DNA of 55,838 nt, filler included, from Platydemus manokwari (Eukaryota), in assembly GCA_037951405.1 (NCBI GenBank). It is 4 parts of 4 records of this genome, joined end to end, with 100 filler letters (N's around TTAATTAATTAA, not from the genome) between each part and the next. Parts side by side here need not be neighbours in the genome. Positions count along the whole stretch, not along the records: positions 25,210 to 44,981 come from JBBMOY011766951.1; positions 45,082 to 55,838 come from JBBMOY011108220.1; 2 more parts are not named here. The stretch is one strand, 5' to 3'. Below the pieces are notes generated by a model. The model did no database searches and was not told the origin of the DNA. It saw nothing but the letters and a program-made list of their open reading frames with translations. Positions within the stretch are counted from its first letter, which is position 1; every line of letters begins with the position of its first letter. Shown one piece after another: positions 39,401-50,964 of this stretch. The translations under genes were made by a program, and so were the position numbers.

Positions 39401-41269
39401 CGATTTGTGGTTACATTGATTTCTTTATTAATATTGTAATTTTCAAAAATTTTATTTGCATAATTAATCGATATTTTATTAACGCTTTCTTGCTCTTAAT
39501 GGAAATATGATTGAGTTCTAATCTACTTAAAAATCGATGTGTTTTTTGGAAAAATAATATTTGAGCTTTGGTCTGTTTAGTATTTAATATAATTATTTAA
39601 TTTGGTTTTACTTTTGATTTTTTCATCTTTTTAAAATTTATTATTTTTTAATTATAATTTTTGGATTTAATAATTTATATATTTTTAGATATTATTGTTT
39701 CTCTTTTTTATTTTTGGATTTTGAATTTTATGACTCATGGTTTGAAATTTTTATTATTATTATTATTGGGTTGAGTCTGGCACCCAGCATTTCTATATTC
39801 AGTCATTCTGAATTCAGATTGGTTTATATATTGTAAAATGAATACATGTTGGTTTTTAAAGTAGTTTTATAATTAACCACAGTAAAACTTTTAAGATAAC
39901 TTTTTCGATTTTTAGGTCGGCACAAGGTTTCGAGACTTTCTTTCTCCACATGAATGATATTATCACTGTGTATGTTAATAAATTTTACACTGATTTCTAT
40001 GATTCTGCTGTGCTTGTGAATTATAAATGTGTCAGAAAACCTAGATATCCTAGATATCGATAGTTTTCTTTCATAGGTATTTACTGAATAGATAGAGATT
40101 GATATAATTTCGTCTTTCTTTTTGGCTTTGTTGTTCCAAACATGCTCGCATTAATTACGAGTTTGTGAGAATATAAATATGCACGGAAATGATTAGTGAT
40201 TGTAGTCAATTGTATTATAAAAACCATCGTTTTGAATAAGACGGATTTTTTGATTACAATAACCAAGCTTCAGTCGCTTTTTTTTCTTATTCCAATACAC
40301 AGTCAATATAGCAAATTTTATTCTCGAGAAGTTAGATTGCTTGTCAAGTTCCAACTCTTTTGAGTAATTCCACTTTAGATAACAATTGTTTAGATAACAC
40401 TAGTTTGTGTAACTGTTTAGATAACGTCGACTATAATTATGGTTGAATTATTTTCGGCCGATTTTATTAATTGTTCCTTTTATTTACATTGGTGGTTCTC
40501 TATATAATATTTTGCTTTATTTTTTATTATATTTATGGATATTATTTATGTTATTTTATTTGCTTAATTTTCGTTATTAGTAGAATTAGATTATAATCTA
40601 TATCTTTTCTATTTATATCATTATTTTATTCTATTTTTAGTTTTTAAACTATTATGATTTTATTTTTTGGTTAAACAATACTTTCAGATCAGATTGAGTC
40701 CCGATGTTTTTTGGAAAATTATTATTTATTATAGGGTTGAACCCGATAAAATGAACAACCAGATATGCAGAAATAACGTAAAGCATTAATGAAATCGTTT
40801 GTAATGATAATTAGTGAAAATAAACTGTAAAGTTTAGAGATAACTGCTGCTTTATCGGTAAACAAGAACTGAAAACAATTTATGAAGTTCCACCCCAAAA
40901 ATCTATTTAATCAAAATATGAAAACATTTATATTTTTTAATTAAAAAACCTATTATTTAATTAAAATTTAAAACCTTCAAATTTATTATATTTCCATTTA
41001 TATATTTGCTATTTCAAAACAAATTACGTGGATGGAAGATCGGTTTTTATTGTTCGAACATTATGTCCAATTGCTCGTGAAGCCATAGGTATTTTAGAAG
41101 TAGATATTGTGGATTTTATCGTATTGTACGAATGTTGTTAGCATAGTTCTAATATAATTCTAATAAACTGAAGTTTGTTAGAAGATGAAGTTCTAATTTG
41201 TGTCAATTAAATTTCAGTAAATTATGTGAGAACGGTTTAACTCTTGTTTATAATTCTCATAAATATGTT

Positions 41270-42110
41270 TTATTTAGTGTTTTAACTTAGCGAATACCTC
41301 AAATTAAAAGCGAGATTAGATTACAATGTAATTGCATAGTATCATGCCTAGCCAATTATGTAACAGGGATTTTTTTAATATAATTATAATAATCTTTATT
41401 TAATGAATATTTTTGATGAGAAACTTAGGCTGTTTTTATCCCATAATACTTTCAACCCTATATGCAGGTCTTATTATCATCGCTAATCTTCCTTTCATCG
41501 TTTTCTCTTTAGTTAGTTTGGATAGGGTTTTTTGTCGCCACGGAGTTCCTCGAAAGTGTGTCTTGGTCCGAATCAAGTTTTTAGGATTTCTAGGACATTG
41601 GTGGATGGAATATTGTCATCTGGTATCTGACAAAGTGTTGCCTTCCCTTGGTGAAATTTCCAGTGAGCTGAGGAAATCGAAATGTTGCATTTGATGCAGT
41701 TACTGATCTCATTAATGAGCTATTGTTTAAAGATAAATTATTTTATATTTCGTTATTCTTTGAAAGCGATACCCTAAATATTCCTGCAATGAATGTGAAT
41801 AACCTGTACCGGGCTTACTTATCTATTTGCGTAGCTCTTCATATTTGATTAAGTTGCCGATATCTGCATATCTTATTATTTTTGGCTCATCTATTTGGCA
41901 ATTCACGTCAATGAGAATGAAGATACATGCTCTTTCATTTTTTATGTGTAGATTGACACGCAGGTTATAATCAATATACTGGTACTATTTCTTATGAATG
42001 ATATGGTCCGTATGCCTTTTAACGAATTTTGCTATTATTCCCATTATCTTCTTTGATTTATATTGAATTAAGAAGGTTTTAGGTTGCGCTGTATGTGCCA
42101 TTCTAAAGTT
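41270..42110 (-). mobile_element. 3' remnant of a second RLE-type non-LTR retrotransposon related to the element at 1-2883
   Basis: Minus-strand LRVNLHIKNERACIFILIDVNCQIDEPKIIRYADIGNLIKYEEL aligns with MRINIYIENVSKKIIYLVDLKCPNDQPDTIARAILRNEAHYQSL of the first element. FTFIAG and ISSAHWKFH parallel IIVGS and YSARIWHPH. Confidence 0.72.
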
Positions 42111-43079
42111 AAGATTTTAATATCATAGATTACTTAACTCCAGGTGATAGTGTCGTCATTTCTTGATTAATAAACATAATTTTGAAATAGTCCAAATTTG
42201 TCTCTATTACCTGATTTTGTTTCGAAAATTAATTATTCATTCATTGATTTTTCGTTTTAAATTTTATTTGTTTCATACGTTCGTGTCCTTAACTTGTACC
42301 TTTAATAAATTTATTAATGATTGCTTCAGTAATTCACTCTTTATTTGCTCAGGAATACTTATCAAATATTTTGACGTGATTATAATCCAGATTTCAGACT
42401 TCAAACTTATGAAAATTTAAAAACTATTCATTTCACCATAAAATATTAAGTATATTTTTTTCATTTTACTCGTACTTTGAGATTTTTTAAGAACTTTTTC
42501 AATTAACTTCCCATTTTAATGGATTTTTGAACTTTGAATGTTCATGAATGGCATAACAATTTAATTTAAATATCTGGTTATCTCATTTCGTATTGACTAT
42601 CTAATGAGAGATATTTAAAATTCAGCGACGATGATATCCCATTCTATATATCACATTAGATGACACCATTAATCCCTTATCAATATCCAATTATATTATG
42701 TATAATTTTCGATGGTTTTCATTTATTCATTTAGCTTTGTATACTCAAACTTGATTTTCTTTTTTTCATCCAATTTAGAAATAATTTTTCAGAGACAATT
42801 TTGCATTTGGAAAAATTACGGTGTTAATTTTTCTAGTACACACAAATTTCCACAACAATTAGTACACACTCGAGACTGGATATGGAAATCATAGACTGAA
42901 TTATACCCGAGGAATCTTCTGAAAATTTCCAAGTCATTCATAGCAAACACCCAAATTAGCTTTATCAATGTCCTTGTGCTAATTAATTTTTTGTGTAGTT
43001 AAAGGTTTTTTCTAAAGAAAATATATTTTATTAATTTATGTGAAGAATTTTTATTTACTTATAAAAATATTAAGACTGA

Positions 43080-43383
43080 TGTTGGATCTACCTGATGTAG
43101 AGCACACCAATATTCGTAAACGCATTCATAGGACTCCAAAATACAAGTAAGTTTTTCACTAAAATTTATTGGTTATCACATTGTACATGTTTACTGTAAA
43201 AATTTAATTCACAAAGGTCGAGACCTTAAATAAATTCGCCAATGAAAATCGGATCAAGTCCTGATACAAAGTTGAAAACACTAGTCGAGGACCAACTACT
43301 GACCTTACTATTAAGTACGTATATACTATTACGGAACAAGCAAAATTACCACTGTCCGTAAATACTATTACGTTCGCTTAACA
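43080..43383. mobile_element. Candidate 304-bp solo LTR
   Basis: TGTT...AACA termini flanked by a near-identical 4-mer CTGA / CTAA. Higher GC than the flanks. Single copy in the window. Confidence 0.4.
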
Positions 43384-44128
43384 CTAAATATTTTACTGAT
43401 ATTCTGAGTACTATTCTCAAATACAAAGTGAAATAACCTGTCTCAATCGAATTTATTTCAATATAATTCTTGATTGTTTTGTTTTTTGGCAATCGTCAAC
43501 ATATTGTCATTCTTTTATATCTCATTTTGCTCGCAATACTGCAGAAAATTTTCTGTCATTTTTGATTCCTCGACAGTTTTTTTTCATCTTTACCTCGGAT
43601 CACTACCTCTGCATATAACATCGTATCTGAAACACTTAGTTAAGATTCTCTATTTGTCTTCAATTTCAGTCATCGTTTTCTAATTAGCAAATAATGAACA
43701 CAAAGTATCGATCATTGATTACCTGGTTGATTTTTAAAACGATATAAATAACCAGTATCTCCGAATATATACATTTTAGAAATATTTATTTTTATATTTC
43801 CTATTGTAATATTTTGCAATCAAAATATGTCATTTTTAATTATTTTAATTAATCTTATGATAAATGGTTTTCATTAATTTTATCTGATCGGAATTTCAAT
43901 GTTTGCTTTGAAATTACTTTTATATATTAATTAGCTCCATCATTGATCTGTTTAGCGTTCTAAGGGGTTTTGTTAACGGTTAGTTGCTATATCAAAATGC
44001 CAGTGAAAGTGGATCGTGGTGAGTATTTTTTATTGCTGTTTTTATTTATATTTTATATTAATTCGCAATAATTAAGTTTATCGTGCTAAATATGAACACA
44101 ATACTGAAATTATGATGCAATTTGGGCT

Positions 44129-44806
44129 TGTAAATTTTGAATGTTTATTGTTGTTATGATTTTGCTCACGGATCACTGTCGTCTTGATCAGTCTCTGGCG
44201 AGTTCTAATCAAGCCCAAGGTTCACCTTAACCTTATATTATCTTCTTTTTTCACTTCGCAATCAAATCTACGTGAAGATAGAAATGATTGGCAACAATGA
44301 TCCAAAGGGGTATTTTAATCTTATCAGTCTCAATAATATTAACTTTCAAAATATCAAATGACAAAAGGCACTGTTTTACAACTGAATACGTTTATTGATA
44401 TATATGAACAAAAATACAATACTTTTATACAGCAATATAAAAAGTTGGATAACGGCTAAACCTAACAATTCCAGATGATAGCGGTTAATACAGCCTGCTC
44501 TTGGCGTAAAACCAGTTACCAAAGATATTTGAGCACAGCTCTATAATAGAAGGTTATACGATACGTACTATAGATTAATGATCAGTGGGTTACACAATAA
44601 TCGGACTTACTACTTGAAATGGCAAATTGGCATAAAATGGCGTATGATCTGTTGTCGACCAACTTCGAGAGATTCGTCTTAAATAGCTTCTTGCAAACGC
44701 ACTGTAGTCTAGTGGTTTCTTGTTGTTGGGCCGGGCAAGTTCTGATGTTTGAACTTGTATTTATACTACTTTTGTTTGTTACGCTCTAATGGTTTAAATT
44801 GTTACA
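44129..44806 (-). mobile_element. Solo-LTR-like dispersed repeat, family B
   Basis: TGTAA...TTACA termini. Minus-strand GTATAAATAC. Reverse-complement homology to 13128-13745. Confidence 0.6.
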
Positions 44807-44981
44807 TAATATTTAAATTCTCCAAGGATTTCTCGAAAAATTGAATATTATTTCCTCTTATCTTTAATTTATATTACCAAGGATATTTAAAATTAATTCG
44901 TCTATTATTATTATTATTTCCCTTTAATATTATTGTTTATCACTCCTATTTATTGCCATTTCAAATAATAATTACAAATTG

Positions 44982-45081
44982 NNNNNNNNNNNNNNNNNNN
45001 NNNNNNNNNNNNNNNNNNNNNNNNNTTAATTAATTAANNNNNNNNNNNNNNNNNNNNNNNNNNNNNNNNNNNNNNNNNNNN
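44982..45081. other. Artificial contig-joining spacer N44-TTAATTAATTAA-N44
   Basis: Linker at 45026-45037 with 44 N on each side. Confidence 0.95.
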
Positions 45082-45160
45082 ATTTAAAATATTAAAAAGG
45101 TTGTCTAAATATTGTGTATATGAATTTTGAGCCCAATTTAGCAAGAAAAAGTTGCTTCAA

Positions 45161-45226
45161 TATTATAAATATCGTAAATATATTCGATTAACTTGATGAT
45201 CGAATATATTTACGATATTTATAATA
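45161..45226. repeat. Perfect 28-bp inverted repeat with a 10-nt loop
   Basis: TATTATAAATATCGTAAATATATTCGAT (45161-45188) and its exact reverse complement (45199-45226). Confidence 0.95.
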
Positions 45227-48098
45227 GGTTTATGATTGGAGTTGGCATTATTCCTATGTTCTGGATCTTGAGGGCCTTCGATAATTCGTATGACAAATTA
45301 TCTGAAATTGAAGCTTAAATATAAATTAAGATTACAAGGTATTATATATATATATATATATTTAAGTGTAGCTGACAATTACGACAATAGATAGAAACTC
45401 AAAGAATCACATTTTCTGGATAAAATTATGTTGATATTTATTCACTATATAAACTACTTCAGTACTTGTGATCAAGATAAAGTTTATTTAAGAGAAATGT
45501 AATGTCTCAATATTTTAAGCAATAAAATAATTTAAATTGCAAAGGCTTCATTAAATGATTTATTGTATGTATTGCTATTTTTGATGTATGAATAGGATCG
45601 AATTGTAGTATGACTACGTTTAAATTCAAGCATTTAAGAAAGTGTTAAGGCATAGCCAAGTACATAAAAACTTCGAAAAAGTTAAATTATTTCTTATTAG
45701 GGTGTCATGTTGACTCCCGAAAGAGAAAATAATATTGGTTACTTCTGTTAAATGAAATTGTATAAACGATAGAATTAGTAACAATTGTTACTAAAAATAA
45801 CTAAAATGTCAGCAAGATTAAGAAATGCTGATCAGGGAAAAAATAAATAGTGAAAATAACTCACATGATGTCGAATCAGATAGCACATTTTAATTTGTAA
45901 ATATTATGAGGGCAAGTTTAAAAGCAAAATTATATTTTATATTTAAAATTGTTACCATTAAAACTTTGCCTTATTAAATTTCCAAATTTATCACAAAAAA
46001 TTGCTTGTATAATTTAGATTTCATAATCTCGATTTATTTTATGATTCAGGTGGTTTTCATTCATTTTCTATTTGGATTTTACGGAGTAAAACCAGGTTGC
46101 AATTTTCATTATTAAGATTCAGATGAACCTTTTTTGTGTTCTAGTTTTTCTACAGATTTAGAAATAAATTGATATTTTGAATAATTACCATAATTACCAT
46201 TATCATTGTAAACAGCAAGAAATAGATATTTAGAATCGTAGGAAATTCTTATAGTAGAAATTAATATGTGAAGTACTAAAGAAATAAACCATGGAAGTAT
46301 AAACAAATGTTACTAATAAAAAGAGAGTATTAAGGCCCTATTGTAATTGTATGAAATAGTTACATGTTTCATATATAAATAAGTAAAACATAATTGAAAC
46401 ATTAGTTAAAAATTAAGTTTACTAAGTGTATTCTCTCACGTGGCTAGAGAAATAATGAATATGCACCGCAAATATCAAAAAATTAAGATCAAGGATACTT
46501 TGTCTTTGAAAAGAATATAAAGTCAACTAAAGCTTAAATTTTGTATTATGATAAAGAAGAAAGGAGTGTGAAAGATGTTGGCGGAATCAAGAAATTCAAG
46601 ACAAATTTCTTGCAAAATTACAATTTTTTATGAAGTAGACCATTCGAGACCATAAATCCTATTTGAAAATCAATGGTGAAAATGTTTGAGAATATTTGTG
46701 AAAATAAATGAAAATATTCTTCAATGAGTTTTTAAGAGTAAGTACCAATTCCTCGTAAAATTTTCAGAAATGAAAATCCGATTTAAGCCACATACCATCC
46801 AAGGAATCTTTGGAACCTAAAATCAAAGGAGAATTGCAACAACAGTAACATCACTACATGAAAAAAAATCAAAACATTACAGTTCCTTTAATGTTATCAA
46901 GGGTAAAGGCAAATTATTTTCGGAAAATTAATTTCTTAAAAACTATTTTGGTTTTGATATTTTTTTCTGTAAGCAATGGCATAAACCCACACGATCCAAA
47001 GAACATTCATTATGAAACAATAAGGTTATTGAGATTCTAATTTCGAATTTGAAATTAAGGATAAAAAATCAAGTTTCATTTAATAAGTTTAAAAATGACT
47101 TTAAAAATTGACAAGACGTCATCGTTATTGACGTGCATCAATGTCAAGACAAATTAGAAAATTTACCAAACATCGTTACTTGACACCAAATTTAAAATTA
47201 ACACGTACCTAACAATCGATATCTACATCATTTATAGCTATCGATGATAGATGTAAGGCTTTATTGACATTATAAGTTAAATTTAGTCCAACAAATAGTC
47301 ACTGTATTGTAATTTACTTTCACCTTTTCGAATCTTCATGAATAAAACTAGTACAAAATACAACGAACTAACATGATAGAACAATAAATTCGCAAGGAAC
47401 TATCTTATAACATGCTTCAAATTAAAACACTATATTTTTTGGTGTATGCTATTTAAATTGATCTTAAAAGGCTTCAATGATGTATGGTAACAGAACTATC
47501 GATATTATTATAACTGAAAAATCTAAAGATTATTTCAAACGAGTTGATAAATTTGGAATTTATATTTAGATTTAATTAGATTGACTGCTGAACAAAAATT
47601 TCAAAATAGCCTGTAATCAATAAGTAAGTTGGGTTAAGTAAAATTTATCACTTTAAAGTACAACTCAATAAATGAGTACGTAAGACTGATGGAGAAAAGA
47701 GTAAAAAATCAATGTAAAAGTTTATAAACGACAATTAAACAAAATATTGAAATTTAGTGGTAATGGTAGTTGAAAATATTAGTTAGATTCAAAGAAATAC
47801 TACAAAAATTAGCAAAAAATTGCTCTTATTATTTTCCGCGCAATTAAAACCGAATAAGTATTTTTCTGATGGATTCCCAGAAAGCTGGATTTACCGTGTT
47901 CAGAAGTATTCCTTGAATCATCCAAACAAACTTTTTGAAATTATGTTAATGGTAAGTTTCAGTGGCAATCTATTACGACTTGCGTCCCTATTTATAATAC
48001 CTATTTTTCCCAATGTATTGGTGCTTGTTTCCTATCCATGGTTAAATCCCCACTATTTAATGTCAATTTTAATATATTTGTTACTACTTATATTATTT

Positions 48099-49188
48099 TG
48101 TTGGGAACCGAAATATAATACCAAAAAAATAATAATAATAAATGCAATAATAATATTAATTAATCACCCACATATGCTGTCCACATATTACCGAAAAAAT
48201 TAATACAAATATAATAAAAATAAATTTAATTTTAATTAATCGCATCACCATGGTAACATTAAATAAAATCAGTAACTCCCACGTACGCACACGGGGAGAG
48301 AATACTATATAAAGTTGGGCAACGAAGTAGATTGGCCCACAATTTTCAATTAATCAGATTGCTTCAAATCAGCAAATAACAATTCATCAACTGACGAAGA
48401 AATTAGAATTATGTTCTCGCAGCTATCATCCACATTCACGTGAGAAATTGGAATCAGGAATTGAAATTATTTTCTCGGCATCAGGAAAACTGGTGGAATA
48501 ATTCTCCACTAAAATTAGATTCGGACAACTGAAGTCATCACCAACACCGCTCGGATCTCTCGGAACTGTTACGAAACATTAGAAGGAACTCATACAGCTA
48601 TCAACATTAAAAATGCACGAGGGAAATTTACTTAATTTCCTTCTGGGTAGAGTACAAAGTCGTAAGAGTTTGTACTGATAACCATTTATAAACTAAATCG
48701 CGAATTCTGGTACAAAGGCTAAAGCATTTGTATCGCGTCATCACTACGCTGTAAAGCTGCAAGGGTTTGCAGACGTTGAACTTATAAAGCAAAACGCATC
48801 TCCTTTAGTTTCTCGTCCGAAGTAAGGCGACACTTAGTTCCTGACATCGGTTTGTTTATACCTCTTCAGGCCACGACACTTCCAGTTGTCAAACTTATCG
48901 CATAAAACATTTGTTAATCTTTAGTATAACATACGTATTGAGTTATCATTTTGTTATTGATTATATCATTATTATAGTTATCAGTATTATCCAAACTGAA
49001 TTATTACACGAAATCTAATTACTGATTAAAGTCGGATTATTGGTGGAATCATCATTATTCCGGTTCTAATCATCATTTAAATGGTGTACAGCTAATTCAT
49101 CGAGTTTTACTGGTTGAATTACCTTTTATTGAATTACTCACCAGATACTACTTAGCACAGGCTAGTAAAATTCCATCAATATGTTACA
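48099..49188 (+). mobile_element. Candidate 1.1-kb solo LTR with a TATA box and a hairpin-rich region downstream
   Basis: TG...CA ends with a flanking ATTT 4-mer on both sides (low complexity), TATATAAA at 48306, ATTAAA at 49025, and a GC-richer non-coding interior with several stem-loops. Confidence 0.5.
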
Positions 49189-49393
49189 ATTTTTATTTAT
49201 TTGTTTTTTTTTATTATACTTTATTTGTTCATTTTATTTAATTATTTATTTATTTTTAGTTCTTGTTCTAAATTTTTCTTCTCGCAATAAAATACAAATA
49301 TTATACATGATATTTATTAACAAACCGAAAATTTATTATTTTTATTAACAAGATAATCCATCAAAATGTTGATTAAAAGATAATAATAAAGTA

Positions 49394-50964
49394 CAGTCAA
49401 CCCTGTTTAATATGAACATAGTTTAATGTGAACATTTAAGTCAAAAAATATTGGAATTCATATGGTTTCATAGGAAATTATGTTTTATAATACGAACACT
49501 GTTTATTTTGAACAATGAACAAAAAATAGAGCAAAATAAATCAATAAATTATACAATTATTTTTTAAATATTTAATTTTTAACTGTCTTTTATGAACATG
49601 AAAAACATAAATTTAAAACGAAAGAGAAAGGATTTAAGTATCGAGGAGAAGGAGAAATTGTTAAAATTATTCGATGAAAATAAAGGTTGTATTCAGCGCT
49701 TTCTTTCATCAAAATATGATCTTTCATTGGGCTGTATAAATAATCTAATGAAATCTAAAGACTCTATTTTGAATTCAAACTCGAATACCAAACAAAAACG
49801 AAAAACACATTTACGTAGTGGATATCAAGCTGATGCCATCTTATATGAACGATTTCAGATCTAGAGAACCAGAAATATCAGTGTCAGTTGTGATATACTA
49901 CAACAAAAAGCATTAGAATTAATAAATCACTTAGGAAATCATAATTTTAGAGCATCGGATGGTTGTCTTAATTCTTTTATTTCCAGGCTTACGATATCAT
50001 CAAAAAGAATTATTGGGGAATCTAAAACCGTAGATGAAAGGTATGTTCTCAATTTTAAGGAATTGTATATGGAAAAGTTAAAAGAATATGAAGATTAAAA
50101 TTTTTATGATTGTGACAGAACTGGAATGTTCAGGAAATGCTCATTAAACAGGACACATACAATTTCTAAAGAGGTTAAGGCAAATGGTAAGTTTTCTAAA
50201 GATTGAATTACTATACTCTTGGAAGGAAACATGCTGGGAGAAAAATTAAAGCCTTTAGTGATAGGCAAGTCGAAGAGTTTTAAAAATTTTGATATAGGAA
50301 AATTGTCTACTTATTATCTTTGGAACAGAAAATCTTGGATGACGTTGGTAATTTTTCATAATTGGTTAAACGATTTAAACAGTATAATGAAAGCAGAATA
50401 TCGGAAAATTTTATTTCAAAAGAATGGAATAGTGTAAAGCCTGCGACTATTTCTTATTGTTTTACCAAGTCATTCGAAAATGCCTATGTTAAAGAAGTGA
50501 ATACTTAATGTGATGATTTTCCTTGTTTTGAAATTAATCCAAAATTTGACGAACAACTCATGTTTAATTTAGTCGAAAAGTATGAAAATGAAGAAACAAA
50601 TAATGATTCTGTTGAAGAGGTGGAAGAAGATGCAGTAATAACAGGATTTGAAGTCTATGAATATGCAAGAAAACTTGAAAAATACTTCCAAGCTTGACTG
50701 TATATTCTTGAAAAACTTAACAAAATATGGGATTTGATTGAAGAAATTCAAGGAGAAAATTGAAAGGAGATAATTCAAGGAGACAATTGAACATCACAGA
50801 CTTTATTCAGTGTCAAAGAAATAAAAATTGTGATAATTAGGTATATTACATACTTTTTTGTGAAGTCTTTGATATACTTATGTTAATAACTGTTCATATT
50901 ATTTTTTAATATAAGCATTTGAAAAAATTGGAACGCTAGTGCTCATATTGAATAGGATTGACTG
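49394..50964 (+). mobile_element. Tigger/pogo DNA transposon, internally deleted, with a disrupted CENP-B-like transposase (about 49592-50450)
   Basis: TIRs CAGTCAACCCTGTTTAATATGAACA / TGCTCATATTGAATAGGATTGACTG with TA TSDs. HTH start KRKDLSIEEK, FRASDGCL, FYDCDRTGMF (NxDETGLF-like), GEKLKPLVIGKS, NRKSWMT. Multiple stops. Confidence 0.92.

Noticed and set aside
41645-41698. CIKC...HWKFH as a zinc finger
   Set aside because: Better explained as the conserved S..W..H C-terminus of the RLE retroelement.
46540-47200. Possible MULE transposase remnant (CWRNQEIQ, PRNLWN)
   Set aside because: Motifs too short and broken to support a call.
47820-48203. 127-aa hydrophobic ORF and the other short F/I/L/K/N-rich ORFs in the track
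   Set aside because: Many have non-ATG starts, their composition is what AT-rich DNA gives by chance, and they show no motifs or splice support.
48385-48420. CTGACGA-A-GAAA as a minimal hammerhead ribozyme core
   Set aside because: No helix III or helix I complement and no properly placed NUH site. Other CTGATGA hits (near 6618, 21403, 33965) also lack the fold.
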